A stretch of 64,000 nucleotides of DNA, taken from assembly GCA_963821765.1 (NCBI GenBank), contig CAWGFF010000010.1, forward strand, positions 95,400 to 159,399, given 5' to 3'. The translations under genes and the position numbers were made by a program. The notes under the pieces were generated by a model. The model was not told the origin of the DNA, ran no database searches, and worked only from the letters and a program-made list of their open reading frames with translations. The stretch's first letter is position 1. Each line of letters begins with the position of its first letter. This stretch comes from an uncultured Acidobacteriota bacterium (GTDB lineage: Bacteria > Acidobacteriota > Terriglobia > Acidiferrales > UBA7541). Of the stretch, positions 1 through 8,900 are shown piece after piece.

Positions 1-383
1 AAATAAATGCCGAGGTAGTCCATCACCAGCACGCCGTAGAGGCTGTTGAGCAGAAATGTGCCGGTCCAATTCCACCAGCCGCATTGGAAGCCCCAGAAAT
101 CGCCGAAGGCAGCGCGACTCCAGCGATAGAAGCCGCCTTGTACGGGGAGGAGGCTGTTGAGTTCGGCGGAGGCAAACGAAATCGGGATGCTCCAGAAAAA
201 CGGAACGAAGGCGAGGAAGACCAGCGCCATTCCCGGACCGGAATCGTGGAAGATGCCTTCGTAACCGAACGGACCGCCGGCGGTGTAACCATAAAAAATG
301 CAGAGTAGCGGAAGGAAACCGATCTGGCGCAGGCGCGAGCCGTCGGAAGGCGTGGAGTGCTTTTCAGCGGAAGGTGTTGGCAT
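1..383 (-). CDS. APC-superfamily amino acid permease, N-terminal part (gene continues beyond window start)
   Basis: Not in the ORF track because it has no stop in the window. My reverse-strand translation from ATG (383-381) reads MPTPSAEKHSTPSDGSRLRQIGFLPLLCIFYGYTAGGPFGYEGIFHDSGPGMALVFLAFVPFFWSIPISFASAELNSLLPVQGGFYRWSRAAFGDFWGFQCGWWNWTGTF... and stays open to base 1. PxxGGFYxWxxxAFGxxxGFxxGW is a typical APC permease N-terminal signature, and the stretch has hydrophobic TM-like runs. Confidence 0.75.
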   Translation of the reverse strand, partial: MPTPSAEKHSTPSDGSRLRQIGFLPLLCIFYGYTAGGPFGYEGIFHDSGPGMALVFLAFVPFFWSIPISFASAELNSLLPVQGGFYRWSRAAFGDFWGFQCGWWNWTGTFLLNSLYGVLVMDYLGIY

Positions 384-424
384 TGAGCTGCTGGGTGAAG
401 CGTTTGCGACGCTCCGGCGAGTAC

Positions 425-510
425 CAATTCAAGTACAAATTCGAAAAAGGTCAAAGTCAACGGCGCCGAGCTAAGGCTGGCCGCTACAAAATCAAAGGCA
501 ACAGCAAAGG
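425..510 (+). repeat. REP-like intergenic unit (AAATTCRAA tail / GTCAAAGTCAAC / imperfect GC hairpin / CCGCTACAAAA)
   Basis: The sequence gtcaaagtcaac-ggcgccgagctaaggctggccgctacaaaatcaaagg matches units at 5211-5262, 13016-13067 and 53122-53175. Confidence 0.5.
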
Positions 511-576
511 CTTGATGCAGAGTGCGGCATGATATGGGAGTGGTCCGCAGATTTCAATGACAATTAAAACAATTAC

Positions 577-606
577 TTGACTGGCAAGGCGGTTGGATAA
601 GAGAAT
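577..606 (+). promoter_or_regulatory. candidate sigma70-type promoter upstream of giant gene 1 (TTGAC-N19-GAGAAT)
   Basis: cTTGACtggcaaggcggttggataaGAGAATtc, preceded by an AT-rich stretch. The same bipartite motif at identical spacing occurs at 5453-5482, upstream of giant gene 2. No experimental support. Confidence 0.3.
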
Positions 607-740
607 TCGGCGTTGTTTCCCCGACAATAAGGTTAGTCCGCAGGCAACCTAAACATGCTGCCGAGGTAAATTTGCGCTCAGCATACGGAAGACTGTTTGG
701 TTTCGGGACTGCTTCGGGGAGCCCGTCGAGGAGAACTTTT

Positions 741-3700
741 ATGAGTCGTACTATAGGGCGCGCTGCGCAATATTTCGTTCGCGTTTTCTCGCTATCGGTT
801 CTGCTGCTGTTTGCGAATGGCGCTGACGCACAGAACACCATCTCGACCGTCGCCGGCGGCGCACCTCCCAACAATGTTTCTCCCACGGCTGCGCCGATCG
901 AGGGACCGCAAGCAATGGTTCGAGATTCCGCGGGGAATCTTTATGTGGTAAACGACAACGGCGTGATCTACAAGGTGACCGCTGGGACACCGGCACCTGC
1001 CATGTCCATTTACGCCGGAAATAATACCGCGGGATTTTCGCCGAACGGAACGCTGGCGACTGCGACGCTGTTGTATGAACCGATCGGCGCGGCGGTGGAC
1101 GCTGCCGGCAATTTTTACTTTTCCGATCAGAACAACTGTGTGGTGCGCGAGATCGTCGCTGCCAGCGGAGTGATGAACACCGTGGCGGGCACGGCGGGCG
1201 TATGCAATTATTCGGGAGACGGCGGGCAGGCAACGAGCGCGGAACTGAGTTTCCCGCAAGAGGTCGCGCTTGATGGTACGGGGGATCTTTATATCGCGGA
1301 CATTGGCAACAGCATCGTTCGCCGCGTTAACTTGACGAGTGGAATCATTACGACTTACGCAGGCATTCCCGGCACTCCAGGATTTCCCACTAACAACGTT
1401 CTGGCAACCTCGACGTCGCTGGCTGCCCCGGTAGCTTTAGCGGTAGATGGCGGCGGAAATCTTTTCATCGCTGACGAGAACGACAACATTATTTGTCGTG
1501 TGGACGGCACGTCGAAAAATATCACGATCGTGGCCGGAACTGGCGCGTTCGGATACAGCGGCGACGGTGGCCCGGCAACCGCGGCGAAGATGCGAGCGCC
1601 GGACGGTGTGGCGGTAGATAGTGCGGGAAACATTTATATCTCCGATACCCAAAGCGCAGTGATTCGGGAAGTGTTCTCGCCGACGAATCCGAATACCCCG
1701 AACCAAATTACGACAATCGTCGGCACCGGCACTTTCGGGTTCAATGGTGACGGAGCGGCAACTTCGATCGAGCTGACCAATCCTGCCGGACTTTACGCTG
1801 ATCCCCCCAGCGGTAACCTGTGGATCGCAGATTACTGGAGCAATCGGGTTCGCATGTACAACGCGACCACGAAGACGGTTTCGACTGTAGTGGGGAGCGG
1901 CGCAGTGGGCGACGGTGGGCAGGCAACCAGCGCCAGCTTGTATTACCCGCGTAATCCCGCGCTCGATTCCAGTGGCGATCTATTTCTAGTTGATGCGCAA
2001 AACAATCGAGTCCGTGAAATCAGCGCCGCGGACCAAACAATTTCAACGGTGGTGGGCACCGGGATTCCGTGTGCACGACCAGCACTACCGTGTGGGGACG
2101 GAGGTCCCGCCGCGCAAGCTGCACTTTTTCAGCCGCGCACGGTCACGGTGGAACCGTCTGGGGTGTTGATCGTCGCGGACGATGGCGACAATCGAATTCG
2201 CGAAGTGGATGCCGGAGGCACGATCACGACGATTGTGGGATCCGGGAATCTGTGCACGGCTCCTTTTTCGTCGTGCGGCGATGGTGGACCTGCGCTTAGC
2301 GCCAGCTTGAACGACGCGCGGGGAGCGGTGCTGGATGCGGCGGGAAATCTTTATTTCGTGGACGCGCAGGACAATCGCGTTCGTGAAGTGGACACGACGG
2401 GAACGATCACAACGGTCGCGGGAGGTGGAGCTGATGGGAACGCACCGGTCGGATGCCTTCCGGCGGGAAATCTTTCCGGGGACGGAGGGCCAGCGGTCAA
2501 CGCAACTTTAGATTGCCCGCTTGGCTTGGATATTGACGCGAGCGGCAATCTGTATGTGGCCGACACAGATAATAATGTGATTCGTAAAATTGACACAGGC
2601 ACGCCGCGCATTATCACGACGATCGCCGGGACGGGAACCGCTGGACACACCGGCGATGGGGGCTTGGCCACGAGCGCGACTTTGCGTACTCCGGATAGAG
2701 TGTCGGTAAATGGCGCTGGCAATTTTTTCATCTCTGATTCGGGGAATAACGTGATTCGGCGCGTGGACGGAACGAGCAAAATCATCACGGCGTTTGCGGG
2801 AAGCGGGACGTTTGCATTCTCAGGCGATGGCGGCCCGGCACTTTCGGCTAGCTTTGCTACGCCGGTGGGAATCGTGGTAACCCCTGAAGGCAATATGTAC
2901 GTGGGCGACGTGTTCAATAACCGGATCAGGAAAGTTCTACTAACTCCGAACGTAGCTCTTTCCAGTGCAACGGCGGCGTTCGCAAACCAGCCGATTAACG
3001 TGAGCGCGACTTTGCCGGTGACATTGACCAATTCGGGAGACGCGCCGCTGGCGATTTCAGACATTGCGATTACTGCGGGCGCGTTTTCGCTAGCCACATC
3101 CGCGAATCCGTGTCCAGCAGCGCCTACGACACTGGCGATTGGCGCTCGGTGCGAGATTGACGTTGCATTCACGCCAACGCAATTTATTGCTTACACCGGA
3201 ACGGTTACGATCTCTGACAACGCACCGACCGCGGGAAGCACGCAGACAGTGAATCTTTCGGGCATGGGCGCCGCGGGGTTGACGGTCACGGTGAGCGGCT
3301 CTGGAACTGTGACCAGCGCGCCGGCGGGGATCAGCTGCCCGACGACTTGTGCGGCTACGTTCGCAGGCAACAGCGCAGTGGTATTGACAGCGACGGCGGG
3401 CACGGGCTCGACTTTCACCAGTTTCAGCTCGAGCTGCACGCCGGCTAGTCCGCAGACGAATCCCCCGAGTTGTACTGTGACGATGAGCGCCGCCGAGACA
3501 GTAACGGCGACGTTTAACACTTCAGCCACAGGATCGATATCGATTGCGCCGACTACGTTGACGTTCGGCAGTCAGGCGGTCGGTACGACGAGCACGACAC
3601 AGACAGTGACGGTGTCGAACACCGGTGGGACTACGGTGACGTTCACGAATATTGTGACGAGCGGGGATTTTGCCGGCGCGACGCTGGCGCAATGCCCGAG

Positions 3701-5042
3701 CATCGCGGTGGAAGGTACGCCGTGCGCGTTTCAGATTTCGTTCAAGCCGACGGCGACGGGGACCCGTACCGGAGCGATCACGTTTACGGATAACGCGACG
3801 GGAAGTCCACAGTCCGTGACATTGACGGGGACGGGAACGCCGGCGACGGGGGAGACGATTTCGGTTACGCCGACATCGTTGACGTTCGGCAGCCAGGCGG
3901 TGGGAACGACGAGCGCGGGGCAAACGGTGACGGTGTCGAACACGGGTGGGACTACGGTGACGTTCACGAACATTGTGACGAGCGGGGATTTTGCGGGGGC
4001 GACGCTGGCGCAATGCCCGAGCATCGCGGTGGAAGGTACGCCTTGCACGTTTCAGATTACGTTCAAGCCGACGGCGACGGGAACGCGCAACGGGACGATC
4101 ACATTTACGGATAATGCGACGGGAAGTCCGCAGACGGTGACGCTGACGGGGACAGGCACGCCGGGAACGGCGACGGTGACGGTGACGCCGAGCAGTTTGG
4201 TGTTTGGATCGCAAGCGTTGACGACGACGAGCGCGCCGTTGAGCGTGACGGTAACGAACACGAGCAGCGCAGCAGTGAATTTCGCGGGCTTTACGACGAG
4301 CGGAGCGGATGCGGAGGATTTTGGAGTGCCGCTGCCGAACACGAGTTCGGGATGCAGTGCGGCGGGGACGTTGGCGGCGGGAGCGAGTTGCACGATCAGT
4401 GTGGTATTCACGCCGCAGGCGAATGGGACGCGGACGGCGACGTTGAATATTGCGGATAATGCGACGGGAAGTCCGCAGATGGTGGCGTTGAGCGGGACGG
4501 GAGTGACATCGCAAGTGATTATAGCGGTGGCGCCGGGAGGGAGTACGACGGCGACGACGGTGTCGGGAGGGACGGCGTATTACGGATTGGTGATCAGCGG
4601 AGCGCCGGGAGTGACGGGGACGGTGCAGCTGGGATGCATACCGTCGTCGGTGTTGATAACGTGCAAGGTGATACCGAGTACGGTGACGTTGACGGGCGGG
4701 GCAACGGAAGTGGCGTTTGCGATACAGACGTACTGCCAGGGGAGTACGACGGCGACGGGAATGGTAGCGCCAATGGTCGGAGGAAGTGGCGGGGGGATTG
4801 GGTGGATGCTGGTTTCGATGGTTTTCGGTGGAGCGATGTGGACGATGCGGAGGAAGCGGCGAGTGGCAATGACGTTTGCGACGTTGCTGCTGGTGGCGTT
4901 GGGAATGGCAGCTTGCAGCAATAGTTTGCCGCAGGGGCCGAACGGGGCGACGCCGGCGGGGACATATACGTTGTCGTTGACGACGACTTTGAATGGACAG
5001 ACGCAGACATTGAATAACTTTTTGACGCTGGTGGTGAAGTAG
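741..5042 (+). CDS. giant secreted NHL-repeat surface protein with choice-of-anchor-D-like Ig modules and a C-terminal TM/Arg-cluster signal
   Basis: ORF 672..5042. I prefer ATG 741, which has GAGGAG at 728-733 and the signal peptide MSRTIGRAAQYFVRVFSLSVLLLFANGADA/Q. About 10 units of [YF]xGDGG[PQ]A plus NHL-type propeller repeats (GNLY[IFV]xDxxNNxIR). One PGxxF..-type InlB-B-repeat-like module. Three ~107-aa modules (LTFGSQAVGTTS...VSNTGGTTVTFT...F.P...G......F.DNATGSPQ). Confidence 0.9.
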   Translation: MSRTIGRAAQYFVRVFSLSVLLLFANGADAQNTISTVAGGAPPNNVSPTAAPIEGPQAMVRDSAGNLYVVNDNGVIYKVTAGTPAPAMSIYAGNNTAGFSPNGTLATATLLYEPIGAAVDAAGNFYFSDQNNCVVREIVAASGVMNTVAGTAGVCNYSGDGGQATSAELSFPQEVALDGTGDLYIADIGNSIVRRVNLTSGIITTYAGIPGTPGFPTNNVLATSTSLAAPVALAVDGGGNLFIADENDNIICRVDGTSKNITIVAGTGAFGYSGDGGPATAAKMRAPDGVAVDSAGNIYISDTQSAVIREVFSPTNPNTPNQITTIVGTGTFGFNGDGAATSIELTNPAGLYADPPSGNLWIADYWSNRVRMYNATTKTVSTVVGSGAVGDGGQATSASLYYPRNPALDSSGDLFLVDAQNNRVREISAADQTISTVVGTGIPCARPALPCGDGGPAAQAALFQPRTVTVEPSGVLIVADDGDNRIREVDAGGTITTIVGSGNLCTAPFSSCGDGGPALSASLNDARGAVLDAAGNLYFVDAQDNRVREVDTTGTITTVAGGGADGNAPVGCLPAGNLSGDGGPAVNATLDCPLGLDIDASGNLYVADTDNNVIRKIDTGTPRIITTIAGTGTAGHTGDGGLATSATLRTPDRVSVNGAGNFFISDSGNNVIRRVDGTSKIITAFAGSGTFAFSGDGGPALSASFATPVGIVVTPEGNMYVGDVFNNRIRKVLLTPNVALSSATAAFANQPINVSATLPVTLTNSGDAPLAISDIAITAGAFSLATSANPCPAAPTTLAIGARCEIDVAFTPTQFIAYTGTVTISDNAPTAGSTQTVNLSGMGAAGLTVTVSGSGTVTSAPAGISCPTTCAATFAGNSAVVLTATAGTGSTFTSFSSSCTPASPQTNPPSCTVTMSAAETVTATFNTSATGSISIAPTTLTFGSQAVGTTSTTQTVTVSNTGGTTVTFTNIVTSGDFAGATLAQCPSIAVEGTPCAFQISFKPTATGTRTGAITFTDNATGSPQSVTLTGTGTPATGETISVTPTSLTFGSQAVGTTSAGQTVTVSNTGGTTVTFTNIVTSGDFAGATLAQCPSIAVEGTPCTFQITFKPTATGTRNGTITFTDNATGSPQTVTLTGTGTPGTATVTVTPSSLVFGSQALTTTSAPLSVTVTNTSSAAVNFAGFTTSGADAEDFGVPLPNTSSGCSAAGTLAAGASCTISVVFTPQANGTRTATLNIADNATGSPQMVALSGTGVTSQVIIAVAPGGSTTATTVSGGTAYYGLVISGAPGVTGTVQLGCIPSSVLITCKVIPSTVTLTGGATEVAFAIQTYCQGSTTATGMVAPMVGGSGGGIGWMLVSMVFGGAMWTMRRKRRVAMTFATLLLVALGMAACSNSLPQGPNGATPAGTYTLSLTTTLNGQTQTLNNFLTLVVK
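3535..4500 (+). repeat. three tandem ~321-bp coding repeats (Ig-like modules) inside gene 1
   Basis: ttgacgttcggca recurs at 3558 and 3879, giving a 321-bp period. Units 1 and 2 are clearly similar at nucleotide level and unit 3 is more divergent. The repeats are in frame and coding. Confidence 0.85.
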
Positions 5043-5276
5043 GGAGGGGATCGTAACCGGAAGGGCTGAGACGGGAAGAGAACCAGAGGCAAAGGAGAGC
5101 CCGGTGGTGCGTTGCGGGACGGGGCGCTACAGATTCAAAAACAAATTCAAAAACAGGGCGAAAGTGAACGGCGCCCATCCGGCAAAGGCGGGATGGGCGC
5201 TGGAAAGTCAAAGTCAAAGTCAAAGTCAACTACGCCCGCCTGAAGGCGGCCGCTACAAATTCAAGAACAAATTCAA
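3823..5276 (+). repeat. segmental duplication copy A (partner 11628-13081)
   Basis: Constant offset of 7805 bp to copy B. I found only about 10 mismatches (3851, 3853, 3919, 3920, 3923, 4176, 4595, 4772, 4836, 4887). Confidence 0.95.
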
Positions 5277-5395
5277 AAGCAACTTCAAGAACGACCTCAA
5301 AAACAACTTCAACAACGCCCGCCCAAAAAAAGCAGGCGCCCGCTACAAAGTCAGATTCAACGTCAACTTCAGAGTCAAAGTCAGAGGCCGGTGCG
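5110..5395 (+). repeat. cluster of three direct REP-like units plus perfect 10-bp-stem hairpin and (AAGTCA)4
   Basis: Heads are ggggcgCTACAgattcaaaaacaaattcaaaaac (5121-), ggcggccgCTACAaattcaagaacaaattcaaaag (5245-) and ggcgcccgCTACAaagtcagattcaac (5345-). Hairpin is gcgcccatcc/ggatgggcgc (5171-5200). (AAGTCA)4 lies at 5205-5228. Confidence 0.65.
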
Positions 5396-5452
5396 CAGTG
5401 TCGCGTCTTATCGGAGTGGTGCGCTGATTTTGGCGAGGAAGAAAAGTATTGC

Positions 5453-5482
5453 TTGACGCGGCGGGCGGGGCGGTTAGAGAAT
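5453..5482 (+). promoter_or_regulatory. candidate promoter upstream of giant gene 2 (TTGAC-N19-GAGAAT)
   Basis: cTTGACgcggcgggcggggcggttaGAGAATcc, with the same spacing as 577-606. It would give a ~470-nt leader. Confidence 0.25.
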
Positions 5483-5558
5483 CCGCGCTCAGCCCAGCGT
5501 CCCTCGTAGAGCAAGATTGGCCGCTAGAGCAGTCCTGCGTGAAAAACCATAATGAATA

Positions 5559-5597
5559 GTGATTCGTGATTGGTGATTAGTGAGTCGTGATTTGTGG
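5559..5597 (+). repeat. heptanucleotide tandem repeat (GTGATTN)x5 plus a partial sixth copy
   Basis: gtgattc gtgattg gtgatta gtgagtc gtgattt gtgg, read directly from the sequence. Confidence 0.85.
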
Positions 5598-5959
5598 CTC
5601 GGGGCGTGAGAGTTTTTGTGTTGATTCAGGGCAGTTTTCTCTCACTGGCAGGGTGCCGAGGGCGAGGACTGGGTTGATGAAAAAAGCAGTCGCTGACGAC
5701 TTGTCGCTCGTGGTTCGAAGGCGGTCGGGATGCGGCTCGGCGGCGCCCGAGTTCGGGCGGTGGGGGTGTCTGTGGCTTCCCAGTTGCAGTATCAGGGTTA
5801 GGTCGTGGTGGTCTTCGCAGAGGCGCAACAACGAACAGGCCCTAAGTTCTTTGCCAACAGGATGATGCGGATGGATGGCGGCCCCTCGCCGGCGGGTCGG
5901 CGACGGAGTATGCGCAAAGTTTTGCACTTGTATCCGTATTGTTTGCTGCGGGAGGAAAT

Positions 5960-8900
5960 ATGTCGCTAAGGCGCAGTTTGAGACGCGCGTCGGGATTTCT
6001 GGTGTTAGGGATTTGTATGCAAATTGCGAGCGTTCTGCCGCAGGGCGGATTGTCCGCGCAGACCGCGCCGAAGGCCGGGGATGGAAGCGGAGCGAATGCT
6101 CAGGAGCAGCAGAAAATCGCGGCGAGCGCGATTAAAATGCCGCTGTTTTTTGAGGCGAACGAAGGGCAGACGGATCCGAGCGTGCGATTTTTGACGCGCA
6201 GCAGCGGTTACACGATGTTCCTGACGCCGACGGAAACCGTGCTGGTGGAAGGCAAGAACGGGATCGTGAGCGATGACAAATTCGGGAAGGGACTGACTGC
6301 GTTCCGCGCGGATGCGAAGAATGCGAAGCAGTCTGTGCTGCGGATGGAATTGCTGGGCGCGAATGCGGCGCCGGACTTTCAGGGATTGCAGCAGTTGCCG
6401 GGGAAAGTGAACTACCTGATCGGGCAGGATCAGGCGGCGTGGCACACGAACGTGGCGCTGTTTTCCGAAGTGCAGGTGGCGAAAGTTTATCCGGGTGTGG
6501 ATTTGCTGTTTCACGGCGACCAGCGGCAACTGGAATACGATTTTGTGGTGGCGCCGGGAGCGGATCCGGGGCGGATTGGATTCAGGATTCGCGGGGCCAA
6601 GAAAATCGAGATTGACGCGAACGGCGATTTGATTTTGCACACGGCGGATTCTGAATTCGAAATGCGGAAGCCAGTGATTTATCAGGGCGAGGGGGCGAAC
6701 CGCAGCGAAGTGCAAGGAAGATTCGTATTGAGCGCGAAAAACCAGGTGCGCTTCGAGCTGGGGCCGTACGATCACGCGGAAAAATTGGTAATTGATCCGG
6801 TGATTTTCTTCTCGTCATTCTTGGGGGGCGCGGGGCTCGACCTGCTGCAGGCGGTGGCGGTGGATACGTCCACTCCCGGAGCACCGAAGGTTTACGTGAC
6901 GGGGTTCACGGACGACATCGCGACGTTTCCGGAGCCCAGCGCAAAGGTGGGGAATCCCTCGACCGCCGCAGGCGAGGAGAATGTTTTTGTCGCGGAAATT
7001 GATGCGACAAAGACGGGCAGTCCGTCGCTCGTGTATTTGACTTTCATCGGAGGCAGCACGCCGTTCACGGCGCTGGGTGGGACGGTTTGCGGTACTTCGT
7101 CCGGATTCCTCGCGCTGGATACCAGCCAAGGGGCTGCGAGCGTTGAGCCAGTAATTGGAGGTCTGACGCTATGCAGCGATTATCCCGGGACAGTGCTAAA
7201 TCCGGTAACAGCGACAGGCACTGACGCCAGCGCGACAGTGGTAACGCGCCTGAAGCCCGGCGGCGCGGCAATTGACGCATCGGTGCTGCTGGGCGGCAAC
7301 GGATTGATGGCAACCGGATACGTGTTCACGGATGCTGTGGGAAATGTACTTTTGACGGGGGCGACGGGTTCAACGAACTTGCCAACCAGTGCGGGGGCTT
7401 ACGCGACGGAATTCAACAACGGCGCGACGGGAGCGTTCGACGATTGCTATACAGTGAAGCTGGCGCGGTCAAATCTGACACCGGGTTATTTCAGCTATTT
7501 GAACGTGGGAGCGAGCAGCGTCAGCGGGCAGGCGGCGGGATGCGGCGGAGTGATTGATTCGGCGAACGAAAACATCCTGTACTTGGGCGGCGATACAGAA
7601 TCGAGCGTGGCGTTCAGCGGAGCAGCTGCCGGGGTGCTGGGATTCCAAAGCACATTCCATGGAACGATCGACTCGTTTGTGATGAAGCTGGACACGAGTG
7701 TAAGCGGATTCGGCGCGTTGAAGTATGCCACGTATGTGGGAGGCGGCGGGAAGACCGACGTCCAGACGGGAGCGGTGGAGCTGGGCACGGGCGTGGTTGC
7801 GTTAGCGGGCCGGACAACTTCGAACAGCACGACGAACGCTCCGGACATTGTGACTGCAAATGCGCTAAGCGGGGGAAGCAGCAATCCGGCGGCGGCTTCC
7901 ACGGGTGGCCAGGTCGGTTTTCTGGTGGTGATGGACACGACCAAAAGTGGTCTGGCGAGTCTCCTTTCGGGCAGCTACTTCGGCGGGACCAGCGGTCAGG
8001 ACGAGATCCGCGCGCTGGCCTACGACCCTTTGGTTCTCTCCGGATACAACATCATTGTGGGTGGAGACACGGCGTCCACGGATTTTCCGGTGCTCCATCC
8101 ATTTCAGGGATCGCTGGTAGGAACGCAGGATGCATTCGTTTCGTCGTTCCTGATAACACCGACCTCGGCGCAGACATTGTTCTCGAGTTACATCGGCGCC
8201 GGGGGCGTTTCAATTGGTGGCGTGTCCGTGGCGGAAAATTCCATTGCCGCGATCGGCGTGGACACAGGGCATGCGATGTACGTTGGCGGCAATGCGAGCT
8301 CGGGAAGTTATTTCGACAGCACGACGCCAACAACGACGGTGAACGGATTTCAGACGACCTGCACGAGTTGCAGCGGTACGGTTCCGGAACCCGATGCGAT
8401 CATATTTGCGCTGAAAACGGCGCCCGGAGCGGCGCTAAGTACGGTGAGCGCTTTTCCCGCGAGTGTGGGAACGCTGGCAGTGGGCGGCACACAGCAATTT
8501 TCGGCGCTGGGACTCTATGGCGACGGAACTTTTCAGGATCTGACCAGTGAGGCGACGTGGAATTCTTCGAACACGGGAGTGCTGCAGATCGGATCGACGG
8601 GATTGGCCACGGCGGTGGGCAGCGGCACGGCGACGATCACCGCACAATTTGGGGGGCTGACCTCGGCGGGAGTATTGGTCACCGTTTCAGGTGGCGCGTC
8701 AACGTTCAAGGTGCAATTGGTGCTGGAGGGAACGGCGTACGGCACGGTCACGGACAGCACTGGCGCGATCGATTGTACGAATACAACGGCACAGGGCGCG
8801 ACGGGGACGTGCACAGCGAACTTTAACACCAACGCGCAGGTGACGCTGACGGCGACTCCGGGCTCCGGATCGGTGTTTGGCGGGTGGGGCATAAGCAACG

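Noticed and set aside
3535-4500. Regularly spaced ~321-bp repeats, considered as a possible CRISPR-like array or DGR template/variable pair.
   Set aside because: The repeats are in frame and encode Ig-like modules of a long CDS, with no short spacers. Differences between units are not adenine-specific, and no reverse transcriptase is nearby.
3522-4514. Long antisense ORFs inside the giant genes (3522-4514, 11198-12319, 2351-3172, 8533-9561, 9667-10398 and others).
   Set aside because: They are extremely Arg/Pro/His-rich or low-complexity translations. These are mirror images of the Thr/Gly/Val-rich, GC3-biased sense frame. They have no motifs, and they fully overlap strongly supported sense CDSs.
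5104-5427. ORF encoding GRYRFKNKFKN...ESQSQSQSQ...GRYKFKNKFKS (twin at 12909-13190).
   Set aside because: It is a translation of tandem REP-like units and (AAGTCA)n arrays. There is no RBS, its periodicity follows the DNA repeats, and it diverges between the two copies by unit insertion.
5700-5730. GGTTCGAA (tRNA T-loop-like) in the leader of giant gene 2.
   Set aside because: The flanking bases do not form a T-stem, and no acceptor or anticodon arms can be drawn. It is not a tRNA.
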